DNA from: a virus
Taxonomy: Duplodnaviria; Caudoviricetes
IMG/VR virus record: IMGVR_UViG_3300047321_000298
Span: 128,001-192,000 of that record
Direction: 5' to 3' (one strand)
Length of the DNA stretch: 64,000 nt
The notes under the pieces were generated by a model. The model did not search any database, was not told the origin of the DNA, and saw only the letters and a program-made list of their open reading frames with translations. The translations under genes were made by a program, and so were the position numbers. Positions within the stretch are counted from its first letter, which is position 1; every line of letters begins with the position of its first letter. Positions 26,755-35,357 of the stretch are shown in pieces.

Positions 26755-27047
26755 GCTCCCGTGATTACGCGATGCCCCGGTTTGTTGGAACGGGGCAGCG
26801 AATTCATGGGGGTTTGGGAAACTGCAGAGATAGGCTCTAGCTGCTCGGAACCTAGAGGGAGGTGCGGCAAGACCAGCAAGCGTTTGCTTACTCGTCGGCT
26901 ACGCTAACAAGTTGGGTCCTGTCGGTCCTGAGCGGATGTTGGTTGTGCCGGTTCTCAAATCTGATGCGAGGGTCACTACGACGTACGCGGACGGAGTCCG
27001 GTAATCGGCGGCTATACCCCATATCCCGGAACGTGTCCCGTGGGAGC
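26755..27047 (+). ncRNA. candidate structured non-coding RNA, class unknown
   Basis: No convincing ORF; nested long-range helices GCTCCCGTG/CGTGGGAGC and ATGGGG/CCCCAT enclose several hairpins. Confidence 0.35.
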
Positions 27048-27108
27048 GTGCGGCTGTTTGGGTGCGCGCGTTTGTTTGAATTTTGCAAGTTCAGTTTCCC
27101 TATTCGCC

Positions 27109-27414
27109 ATGAATTATTGGTCTTCGTACTTCGCAGCCCTAGCCCAGCAGCTACGATCACTCAGCTACGTTTCTTCGGTCGAATGCTCACTCTCAGGTGA
27201 GCGTGCTGATCATGCCTGCTTGGTCGTGGACACAAACATAGTGCTCACGCTGTCAATGATAACAGAAATTTTCGCTGCGGTGCAAAAACTCGTGGGGGAT
27301 CAGAGCAACCCTCAAATCGACCTTGGCCCCAAGACAATTATCCTGGCCGATCTTGTATATACCCGAACTACGGTTGAAACCAATGCCCCATCATTTATTG
27401 GATATAGCTACTGA
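27109..27414 (+). CDS. hypothetical protein
   Basis: ATG 27109; weak RBS; visibly AT-richer codons. Confidence 0.5.
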   Translation: MNYWSSYFAALAQQLRSLSYVSSVECSLSGERADHACLVVDTNIVLTLSMITEIFAAVQKLVGDQSNPQIDLGPKTIILADLVYTRTTVETNAPSFIGYSY

Positions 27415-27847
27415 TGCCAGTTCCAGCGATTTTGATGACGACGATTTTCTGGATATAGCCGATGAATTTGGGCACGTAGTGGATCGCGTTCCCGAAGACG
27501 ATCAGACGGGCTTCGCAGATTTTCCGCTTTCCGGTTTTATTGAATATTCTCGAAGACTTGTAGTTTTGGCGCGTACCTACTCGCAGCCTCAGCCCAGCCC
27601 CGGAATTTCAAACGATCTGGAATTAGCAGTTGCCAAAGCCACGCGCGATGCGTTGGCGTCCGAATTAGACAAGAAATATCAAGGGCAAACGTGGTTGCCC
27701 ATGGACCCGTACGTGTTTAGTCACGTTCAGCTTTATTCAGCGATCAGAAATTACGAGAAATTAAAACACGATGAAATACTTCAGCAGACAGAACAGGCTT
27801 CAGAGGCGGATGCGCTCGCTGCAGATTCTCAGGGCGGGGAAAGTTAG
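27383..27847 (+). CDS. acidic hypothetical protein
   Basis: SDFDDDDFLD acidic N-terminus; AT-richer codons. Confidence 0.6.
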   Translation: MPHHLLDIATDASSSDFDDDDFLDIADEFGHVVDRVPEDDQTGFADFPLSGFIEYSRRLVVLARTYSQPQPSPGISNDLELAVAKATRDALASELDKKYQGQTWLPMDPYVFSHVQLYSAIRNYEKLKHDEILQQTEQASEADALAADSQGGES

Positions 27848-27993
27848 CGAGCAGCGCCATCTGGCCGCAACGCTAGCTCCAGTCAAGTCGATTCCACCTC
27901 ACTACGTTGAAATGAACCTGAAGCTCGTCCGTGAAATCGGTGCGATGGACGAGGAACTCCGGTTGATCAACGAAGAGCTAAAAATCTTCGCTG

Positions 27994-28044
27994 AAACCTG
28001 AAACGCTCCAGTAAATACGAAGTGAGGGCAGCAGAGTCCCTCAC
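27994..28044 (+). promoter_or_regulatory. bipartite AAACCT-N10-AGTAAATA motif plus leader hairpin
   Basis: Motif 28010-28017; GTGAGGG/CCCTCAC hairpin 28022-28044. Confidence 0.65.
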
Positions 28045-28072
28045 CATCCATCGTATGAGCTAGGAGATAGCA

Positions 28073-29185
28073 ATGTCTGAAGCAACACAACCGACTGAGC
28101 CGATGTTCGATCTGCTTTCGCTGATCGGAAAGTTCCGCATGTTCCACAACGGCCATAAGCACGTGGTGGACGAGGCACTGAAGAGAACGCGAAATCTGCT
28201 GATCTGCATTGGTTCAGCCAACCGGCCGCGTTCGCGCCATCTCCCATGGACCGCTGCTGAGGTCGAACAGATGATCCGCATGGTTTATCCGTTGGATTCT
28301 GAGGCGGGCGGTCGTATCAAGATCGTGCAACTGGATGACTGGATGCACGACAACGATTTCATGTGGTTGATGAACGTGCACAAGGCTGTAGCAAAGGAAG
28401 AACAGGCGCTGCGCTCACTTCACGGTCAACGAGCACCGATTAAAACAGGGCTCGTCGGATTCTCGAAGGACCACACGTCTTACTACCTGAAGAAGTTCCC
28501 GCAGTGGGGTTCGGTCGATGTCGGGCCGTACCGGCAGGACGGAAAGATACTCAATGCTACCGATCTACGCGCTCTGTTCTTTGCGCGCGGTGAGGCTGTG
28601 CTTAGTTCCTACGTCCCCCGTCAGGTCGCTGGTTTTATCTACGACTGGACGGAGCGCCATCCGCAGACGGTTTCGTACCTGAAGGACGCAATCGAGTTTG
28701 CAGGCGACTACAAAAAGAAGCACAAGTTTGTCGGGACCAATGCGTACGACCCCGTACACAGCACGACAGACGCCATTCTTATCCAGAGCGGTCACGTGCT
28801 TCTGGTGCGCCGCAAATTCCATCCGGGCAGGGGCCTTTGGGCGCTTCCTGGTGGCTTCCTGAAAGCAACGGAGCCCACGCGCGAGGCGGTAACGCGCGAA
28901 CTGAAGGAAGAAACGAAGATCGCGGTTAAGAAAGGAGTGCTCGATCTGGCATTCCGTTTCAAGACCGTATTTTCGGATGTCAATCGGTCGGATGATCGTG
29001 GCCGCATTATCACTCACGCGTACTTGTACCTGTTGAATGATCGTGCGGAGCTTCCGGCAATCGAAGCAGCAGACGACGCGGATAAAGCTAAGTGGGTTCC
29101 CTTGGGCCTGCTCGACCCGCGTGAGATGTACAGCGATCACTTCTTCATCATCATGAAGATGATCAATCTGATTCCGGTTGACTGA
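28073..29185 (+). CDS. nadM: bifunctional NMN adenylyltransferase / ADP-ribose pyrophosphatase (NadM-Nudix)
   Basis: N-terminal GKFRMFHNGH (HxGH) and NATDLR; C-terminal Nudix box WALPGGF...RELKEET. Confidence 0.93.
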   Translation: MSEATQPTEPMFDLLSLIGKFRMFHNGHKHVVDEALKRTRNLLICIGSANRPRSRHLPWTAAEVEQMIRMVYPLDSEAGGRIKIVQLDDWMHDNDFMWLMNVHKAVAKEEQALRSLHGQRAPIKTGLVGFSKDHTSYYLKKFPQWGSVDVGPYRQDGKILNATDLRALFFARGEAVLSSYVPRQVAGFIYDWTERHPQTVSYLKDAIEFAGDYKKKHKFVGTNAYDPVHSTTDAILIQSGHVLLVRRKFHPGRGLWALPGGFLKATEPTREAVTRELKEETKIAVKKGVLDLAFRFKTVFSDVNRSDDRGRIITHAYLYLLNDRAELPAIEAADDADKAKWVPLGLLDPREMYSDHFFIIMKMINLIPVD

Positions 29186-29192
29186 GGAAATT

Positions 29193-29531
29193 ATGGGGAT
29201 TGGTATTGGTAGTAGATGCAGCAGTTCGCCGTATTCGGTGCCGAATTCGAACCCTGACCCATCGCGTTTCACGATTCTTGATTGGGCTGCGTTTGGTTTG
29301 TTTCTAGTCCTCAAGGTTCACTATCCGGATGCTCGCAACTACGAGGGCATCAAGATCATGGTGTACGAGGGGTTTCGAGACACCGAAGCACTCCGCAGGG
29401 CTGTATCAAACAGGCTCGATCCTCACTTTTCCGAATCGGGCGTTTCCCCAATCGCGCGGTTCGAGCCGACAGACGCCGGTTGGATAAACGCCAGTCAGTT
29501 CGCACAAGTGTTGTCTACACGTCGCATCTAG
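29193..29531 (+). CDS. conserved hypothetical protein
   Basis: GAGG RBS; YPDARNYEGIKIMVY...LDPHF...PIARFEPT pattern. Confidence 0.75.
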   Translation: MGIGIGSRCSSSPYSVPNSNPDPSRFTILDWAAFGLFLVLKVHYPDARNYEGIKIMVYEGFRDTEALRRAVSNRLDPHFSESGVSPIARFEPTDAGWINASQFAQVLSTRRI

Positions 29532-29583
29532 TACCCCGCTACACAGAGTGGCGGGTTCTCAATCTATGCTAGGAGATAGCAAA

Positions 29584-31017
29584 ATGTTTGATATTTCATC
29601 CGCGTTGGACAGTGACTCATACAAGCTCGGCCATTCGAAAATGTTGCCGGAATCTGCTGACTACATGTGTTCGTACGGGGAAGCCCGTTCGGACGAACGT
29701 TGGAGGCAATCCGTTTTTACTGGTCTTCAGTCCTGGTTGATGGGTCTGAAGCCGGTGACGGCCGGTGACGTTGAAGAAGCTCGTGATCTGGCGATTCCGC
29801 ACTGCGGAGTTTTCAATTTCGACGGCTGGATGCGTGTGGTCAATGAACTCGGTGGTGTCCTCCCGATCCGCATTGATGCGCTCCCTGAGGGTACCGTTGT
29901 ACCGAATCACAATGCGCTGTACCAAGTACGCAATACGAAATCTGGCTTCTCGTGGGTTACTCAGTTTATCGAAACTCCGCTGCTGCGCGCCGTGTGGTAT
30001 CCGACAACGGTTGCCACACTTAGCTGGCACGTGAAGCAGGACATTCGTGCGTTTCTTGAGAGGACGTGCGACAACCCCGAACAGGAATTGCTGTTCCGAC
30101 TGCATGACTTCGGGGCCCGTGGTGCGTCGTCTCTTGAAACGGCTGCTCGTGGCGGTCTCGCCCACCTCATCAATTTCAACGGAAGCGATACGCTGCCAGC
30201 GTTGATGATGGCACGGCGTTACTACGACGAGCCGCTTGCGGCCTACAACATTCCGGCGATGGAACACTCAACGGTATGTGCGTGGGGCCGTGATGGTGAA
30301 GAGCGCGCCTACGCCAATGCGATTGATAAGTTTCTGACGGGACCGGGCACTATGCTTTCGATCCCGCCTGACGCTTACGATCTGCACAACGCAATCGACG
30401 TGATCATCGGGAAGAACCTCAAGGACAAGATCATCAAGTCCGGAGGTCGTCTGGTGGTTCGTCCTGATTCGGGCGATCCCGTTTCAGAGGTGATGTTTGC
30501 GTTGCGGTCACTGGCCAAAAACTTTGGCTATACGACCAACAGCAAGGGCTTCATGGTGCTGCACCCCGCCGTTCGCATCATTCAGGGTGACGGGGTGAAT
30601 GAGCAGTCTATCCACGCAATCATGACGGCCATGGAAATCAATGGGTTCTCCATTGAAAACGTGGCTTTCGGTATGGGTGGCGGTTTGCTCCAGTCCGTCA
30701 ATCGTGACACGCTGGGCTTCGCTCAAAAGGCGAACGCAGTGTCGAACGGTCAGTATGCATGGATCGGCATCAGCAAAGCACCGGCTACGGCACTTCAGAA
30801 GACCTCGAAGAAGGGTGTTCAGATGGTCGTGCGCGAAGAGGGCCGCATCGTTACGGTTCCTGAGGGCACGTACCCGGCTGAGCGCAACCTTCTGCAGCCC
30901 GTGTGGCAAGACGGTCAGCTTCTGCGCAAGCAGTCGCTTCAGAGCCTGCGGGACAACAGCAACGAATTTACGTGGAATTTTGAGTCACAAAGTCTGCGTG
31001 AATTAAAAGCTGCGTAG
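29584..31017 (+). CDS. nadV: nicotinamide phosphoribosyltransferase (NAMPT)
   Basis: DSYKLGH, HDFGARG, PAMEHS, VVRPDSGDP, IIQGDG, GMGGGLLQ..NRDT; start corrected to ATG 29584 by RBS. Confidence 0.96.
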   Translation: MFDISSALDSDSYKLGHSKMLPESADYMCSYGEARSDERWRQSVFTGLQSWLMGLKPVTAGDVEEARDLAIPHCGVFNFDGWMRVVNELGGVLPIRIDALPEGTVVPNHNALYQVRNTKSGFSWVTQFIETPLLRAVWYPTTVATLSWHVKQDIRAFLERTCDNPEQELLFRLHDFGARGASSLETAARGGLAHLINFNGSDTLPALMMARRYYDEPLAAYNIPAMEHSTVCAWGRDGEERAYANAIDKFLTGPGTMLSIPPDAYDLHNAIDVIIGKNLKDKIIKSGGRLVVRPDSGDPVSEVMFALRSLAKNFGYTTNSKGFMVLHPAVRIIQGDGVNEQSIHAIMTAMEINGFSIENVAFGMGGGLLQSVNRDTLGFAQKANAVSNGQYAWIGISKAPATALQKTSKKGVQMVVREEGRIVTVPEGTYPAERNLLQPVWQDGQLLRKQSLQSLRDNSNEFTWNFESQSLRELKAA

Positions 31018-31023
31018 TAAATA

Positions 31024-31064
31024 GGGGGTAGAGGGCCACAAACCTTCTACCCCCTTTCTCTTTT
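31024..31064 (+). terminator. intrinsic terminator directly after AGTAAATA (31016)
   Basis: GGGGGTAGAGGG-ccacaaa-CCTTCTACCCCC then TTTCTCTTTT. Confidence 0.85.
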
Positions 31065-31078
31065 CGGAGCTACAAAAA

Positions 31079-31435
31079 ATGGGCGTCGTCGTACACCGCA
31101 TCATCTCGGTCACTGGCCCGACTGATGCAACAAAGGCAGCACACGATTTCATATCGGCAGAAGCTCCCGATGACACCATTTGCTTCATCGGCCCGCTCTT
31201 CCAGCAGATCAACGGAACCGACACGTTCTGCATTCACAGCAACGGCTCGAAAAGCGGCTACGAAGAAGAACGCAGTTGTGCAACATTCATGAATGAGGTC
31301 GCAAAGTGGCTGGGAAGCGCAGAACGTCTGCAGTTCATTGACGTGTCCTATTCGAAGGATCGACACATGGACGCGGGCGACTTCACCCGGATCGAGAACG
31401 CGACGTACAAGAACAGAGAGACCGAAGATGCCTGA
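31079..31435 (+). CDS. hypothetical protein
   Basis: GGAG RBS. Confidence 0.7.
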   Translation: MGVVVHRIISVTGPTDATKAAHDFISAEAPDDTICFIGPLFQQINGTDTFCIHSNGSKSGYEEERSCATFMNEVAKWLGSAERLQFIDVSYSKDRHMDAGDFTRIENATYKNRETEDA

Positions 31436-31811
31436 TAAGTTGAGAGTTACCAATTCAGCGATCCGCGCGTCAGAGGACGCTGTAAAACAGGCTCAGGATG
31501 ACCTGAAGCGTACCAGGTATGCGGTGACCACCATCTGTTCCCATGCGACCGTTGGTGAGGCTCCACACCAGCAGAACGCTCATGTAAGGAACTTTCCGCC
31601 TCTGCGCGTGTGTATGACCTGTGGGCTGGTCGAAGAAGGCTGGTCATGTGGCTACCTCGTTTTGGATAACGAGCTTGCGTACTCACTGACGCGTGATCAG
31701 GTCTACGACATACGGTCCGTCACGGTTGAGCAGGAAGACAAGGGGCCGCTCCTGCGCAAAGAGGTAACGCTCAAGCAGTTGATCGCACAGAAACTGGGAA
31801 TCGAAAAATGA
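31428..31811 (+). CDS. hypothetical protein (CxxC motif)
   Basis: RVCMTCGLVE; coupled to Thg1 gene. Confidence 0.65.
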   Translation: MPDKLRVTNSAIRASEDAVKQAQDDLKRTRYAVTTICSHATVGEAPHQQNAHVRNFPPLRVCMTCGLVEEGWSCGYLVLDNELAYSLTRDQVYDIRSVTVEQEDKGPLLRKEVTLKQLIAQKLGIEK

Positions 31812-32689
31812 AAAAAGATGCATTCGGGGACCGCATGAAGCGGTACGAACTGGAAGATGCCGGACGCCGCTTGATGCCGCGTCTGCCGATCATGGCTCGG
31901 TTAGATGGTCGCGCGTTCCACTCCTTCACCCGTGGCCTGGAATACCCGTTCGACGCACGGTTCACCCACTGCATGATCGAGACGATGAAGTTCCTGGTTA
32001 AGCACTGGAATGTGACGCTGGCGTATCGCCAGTCGGACGAAATCACACTGTACTGGGAAAACTCGGACATCGACGCGCAGATGCCGTTCGACGGCCGGGT
32101 CCAGAAACTGGTATCGCTTCTCGCTTCGTCTGCATCGGTTCGTTTCTACCAGCTTATCCACGAGCACCTGCCGGAAAAGGACGACAAGATTCCTGAACTT
32201 GACTGCCGCGTGTGGCAGCTTCCGACCTACGGCGAGGTCTACAACGCGTTTCTGTGGCGCGAGCAGGACGCGACTCGCAACTCGTTGCAGATGGCAGCAC
32301 GTTCGCTTTACTCGCACAAGCAACTGCACGGTAAGGGCTATGCGGCACTCCACGACATGCTGCATGAAAAGGGCGTCAACTGGAACGACCTACCTGCATT
32401 CTTCAAACGCGGGACCTACGCGCGCACGTTTCGGTCCGTGAAGATTTTCACGAAAGAAGAACTGGAAGCGATGAACGACAAGGCACGGTCCCACGCTCTA
32501 CAGAACCCGGTTCTTCGGTCTGAGGTTCGCTGCGTCGTCGCTAACCCGCTAAGCGAATACGGGATGTTGGCCAACTTGCTCGCGGAAGCTGGCTCCGAGG
32601 AATCCCCAATCAGCAAAGGCATGTTGCGGGAAGCCCGTAATCGGGAAGCCCTGAAGAAAAATGGTCTTGTCAATTGGAGCTTCAAGTGA
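31808..32689 (+). CDS. tRNA(His) guanylyltransferase Thg1-like protein (3'-5' polymerase)
   Basis: GDRMKRYE, RLDGRAFH, QSDEITL, FDGRVQK, DCRV, WREQDA.RNS motifs. Confidence 0.93.
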   Translation: MKKDAFGDRMKRYELEDAGRRLMPRLPIMARLDGRAFHSFTRGLEYPFDARFTHCMIETMKFLVKHWNVTLAYRQSDEITLYWENSDIDAQMPFDGRVQKLVSLLASSASVRFYQLIHEHLPEKDDKIPELDCRVWQLPTYGEVYNAFLWREQDATRNSLQMAARSLYSHKQLHGKGYAALHDMLHEKGVNWNDLPAFFKRGTYARTFRSVKIFTKEELEAMNDKARSHALQNPVLRSEVRCVVANPLSEYGMLANLLAEAGSEESPISKGMLREARNREALKKNGLVNWSFK

Positions 32690-33234
32690 GCCGAGAAGAA
32701 TACGTACCGAACGAACGCATCGTGGACCGCGCTGTTTATTTGTGGCTCAAGGCGCTCCGTAAGCCTCAGTACAACAACGGCGGCGGTCTTGAATCCTTCA
32801 TGGCGTCAGGTATAGCTTCCATGCTTCCGAAGAATAATGACGAGCAGACACTCGCTCGCTTCGGTGCCGAACTCAAAACGCTGCTGATGAGTGGAGAGGT
32901 GAGCCAATACGGGAACGGAGAGTCGTTCACGCATTATCAGACGTATCTGGGCGTGGACTACCACCCCGACAAAACACTGAGTACTGCGGCTGAGGCGGCC
33001 GGATTGAAGATGGAGTTCCCGTGGAAAACGTCCATGCATCTGTGGACTAACTACGTTCAGTTCAGTCTCGGCTACGGTAACCGTGGGCTATATCACTACC
33101 CGCTGAGCAACGGCAAGTGGTTGCTTACGACGTTGACCGGGGCTCCGGAGCACGTCACGGGGCTCTGCGAGCTTGCGGAAAGCAGGCTTAGCGAGGGTGC
33201 GCCGTGCCCAATCTTCTATCACATCGAAGAGTGA
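32686..33234 (+). CDS. hypothetical protein
   Basis: GTGA overlap. Confidence 0.7.
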   Translation: MSREEYVPNERIVDRAVYLWLKALRKPQYNNGGGLESFMASGIASMLPKNNDEQTLARFGAELKTLLMSGEVSQYGNGESFTHYQTYLGVDYHPDKTLSTAAEAAGLKMEFPWKTSMHLWTNYVQFSLGYGNRGLYHYPLSNGKWLLTTLTGAPEHVTGLCELAESRLSEGAPCPIFYHIEE

Positions 33235-33237
33235 TAA

Positions 33238-34044
33238 ATGCGCCAAAGAATCATAGAAGCCCTTCGCTGGATCGAGCACAAAGAAAAGGTCAAGATTCTC
33301 GTTGCTGTCGAAGCCGGGTCGCGGGCCTGGGGCTTCGAGTCCCCAGACTCTGATTTCGACGTGCGCTATGTGTACGTCCGGCGACCGACTGCCTACCTGG
33401 AAATTGACGACCGGCGCGATGTGATCGACCACTACCACCAGCAACCGTATATCCAAGGATCGGGGTTTGATGATCCGCTGCTTGATATCACGGGGTGGGA
33501 CGTGAAGAAGGCTTTGCAATTGCTGCGCAAAGGCTCACCCCAACTTCAGGAGTGGTTGAACAGCACCACGATTTACATCGAGGGCCAACGCCAAAGCTTG
33601 CTTGATCTGTCGAATTCGATCAACCGGTTTGAGCCTGTGTACATGTTCTATCGGTCGATGGCAGCGAACAACTTCCGGACGTATCTGCAGGGCGACATGG
33701 TTCGCTACAAGAAGTATTTGTATGTGATTCGTCCACTGCTCGCTGCCCAGTGGGTCCTGACGTATCGCACGTTTCCACCTGTCGATTTCCGGACGCTACT
33801 GCTCGATGTGATCCAGCAGTACGAGACGATGTTCCCGCACCTACGCGAAGCCATCGAACGGCTGCTCGAACGGAAGGCTAAGGCCAGCGAGTTGGAGGAC
33901 GCGCCGCGTGACGAGGTTTTGCACGAGTGGATTCGATGGGAATTTGACCGCAAACCCCATCAGATGGATGACCCGGTGTCAGACCCGACGCCCCAACTGA
34001 ACAGTTTCTTTCATCGGGTGCTATGTGGAAAAGAGCTACGTTGA
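33238..34044 (+). CDS. RlaP/YcgL-like DNA pol-beta-superfamily nucleotidyltransferase
   Basis: EAGSRAWGFESPDSDFDVR (GS...DxD), GWDVKKAL, KKYLY..RPLL. Confidence 0.9.
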   Translation: MRQRIIEALRWIEHKEKVKILVAVEAGSRAWGFESPDSDFDVRYVYVRRPTAYLEIDDRRDVIDHYHQQPYIQGSGFDDPLLDITGWDVKKALQLLRKGSPQLQEWLNSTTIYIEGQRQSLLDLSNSINRFEPVYMFYRSMAANNFRTYLQGDMVRYKKYLYVIRPLLAAQWVLTYRTFPPVDFRTLLLDVIQQYETMFPHLREAIERLLERKAKASELEDAPRDEVLHEWIRWEFDRKPHQMDDPVSDPTPQLNSFFHRVLCGKELR

Positions 34045-34339
34045 TTCAGCGGTGCAAATCGAGTGTGCCGTCTCCGCTGACGGTACGGCGATTCACGCCG
34101 GTCAAATCTGGAAACACAAACGGTCGAAGTTCCATTCGGTGTTTGTGGTCACCTCCGTCTACGAGCGCTCCTATCAAGGCGGCAAGAACTCACGAGCCCG
34201 CGTTAAGGGAGTTCTGATTTCGTCCGGTGACCCGCAATCCTGCGACCCATCAAGATCGTTAGACGTTGAGTCACTCCGAACGATGTACCCGTTCATCCAC
34301 TTCGAGCCGTACAAGCCAAGACCTGAGGAAGATAAATGA
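34025..34339 (+). CDS. hypothetical protein
   Basis: Overlapping gene string. Confidence 0.55.
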   Translation: MEKSYVDSAVQIECAVSADGTAIHAGQIWKHKRSKFHSVFVVTSVYERSYQGGKNSRARVKGVLISSGDPQSCDPSRSLDVESLRTMYPFIHFEPYKPRPEEDK

Positions 34340-35067
34340 GCAGCGCAAAAGATCATGAACTGGAGGCAGAACTCCAGCGACTTCAGGCCAACGCACCGCG
34401 CCTGAAACCCGAAGACATCGACGCGGTAATCGTGGGCACCACCTACACCAAGCTACCGTCAGAAAAAGTGCTGGTGTGTGAACTCACGCTTCGAAACAAG
34501 TACACGGTGCGCGGCGAATCGGCTGTCGTATCCATCGCCAACTACAGGCAAGAGGTCGGCGAGCGCATCTCGAAAGAGCGGGCGTACGCGAAAATCTGGG
34601 AGCTTGAGGGCTATCTGCTTCAGCAGCGCCTTTACGAGCAGGCACTCGCCTCAGTCGGCGGGGTGGCGGTACCAGCTACGGCGCAGCGAACCTATACCCG
34701 CAACGATGTGCAGACCTGGCGCGACGATGCATTTAAGACCGCGCTGTCGCTGATAGAGCGTATCAAGCTGATCGACGGAAATCCGGACCACGATTTTGTG
34801 CGCGGCCAACTCGATATGGTCACCTGTGCGATTGACGGCTTGATTTCAAAGGACTACGAACAAGCATGGTACCTGGCCTCAGCGCTCCGCCGGACCTTCA
34901 ATGGTGAAAATCTGCCGCTCGTGCTGGGTTTCGAACAGAGCGTGACAGAACAGACTGGGTACTACGGCACCGGCCCGGAGCAGTGGGGGCCGCACGATCA
35001 GGCACCCGGGTTTTTCACGGACAATCATCAGCCGTGTCAACCGTTCGTGTGGCGTTTCGCGGACTAA
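34336..35067 (+). CDS. Gp49/Gp66-family domain protein with C-terminal extension
   Basis: PRLKPEDIDAVI...VCELTLRN.YTV.GESA.V...NY..EVG..I...A..KIWELEGYLL matches the N4 gp49/Sf6 gp66 family pattern (from memory). Confidence 0.8.
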   Translation: MSSAKDHELEAELQRLQANAPRLKPEDIDAVIVGTTYTKLPSEKVLVCELTLRNKYTVRGESAVVSIANYRQEVGERISKERAYAKIWELEGYLLQQRLYEQALASVGGVAVPATAQRTYTRNDVQTWRDDAFKTALSLIERIKLIDGNPDHDFVRGQLDMVTCAIDGLISKDYEQAWYLASALRRTFNGENLPLVLGFEQSVTEQTGYYGTGPEQWGPHDQAPGFFTDNHQPCQPFVWRFAD

Positions 35068-35082
35068 CCCCGTAGTTTGTTG

Positions 35083-35112
35083 TTGACGTGCTGTTGACGT
35101 TTTGTGTATGAT
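35083..35112 (+). promoter_or_regulatory. degenerate early cassette with tandem TTGACG
   Basis: TTGACG at 35083 and 35094 (second with TTTTGTG); TATGAT 18 nt after the first. Confidence 0.5.
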
Positions 35113-35144
35113 GAACACATAAACTAAACAACAAGGGGTTCGAA

Positions 35145-35225
35145 ATGAACGCAACGTTTCCTGGTTTCATTGGGGCCTGTGCTGTTGGGGCAATTCTGGC
35201 AATCATGATTGCAGCCAGCATGTAA
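35145..35225 (+). CDS. 26-aa hydrophobic peptide
   Basis: MNATFPGFIGACAVGAILAIMIAASM; AAGGGG RBS. Confidence 0.5.
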   Translation: MNATFPGFIGACAVGAILAIMIAASM

Positions 35226-35264
35226 GGGTTTTAAAATCCGGGCTTCCGTTTTTGAAGTTTTGAA

Positions 35265-35351
35265 ATGAGCGACGATCTACACTACGCGTGCGGCATGTTG
35301 TTTCTTTGCGCGCTGCTGGCCGCCCTATTGACCGTGCCCGATTTACTCTAA
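35265..35351 (+). CDS. 28-aa hydrophobic peptide
   Basis: MSDDLHYACGMLFLCALLAALLTVPDLL; weak RBS. Confidence 0.4.
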   Translation: MSDDLHYACGMLFLCALLAALLTVPDLL

Positions 35352-35357
35352 TCCAAA

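Noticed and set aside
26800-27005. Group I intron or RNase P resemblance (TGCAGAGA; GGAGTCCGG)
   Set aside because: The P7 pairing (GACU/AGUC) cannot form, there is no interrupted gene, and the RNase P core elements are out of order
27771-28001. 76-aa ORF upstream of the NAD operon
   Set aside because: Overlaps the preceding gene, no clear RBS; only a ~29-aa C-terminal part looks coding, so not listed
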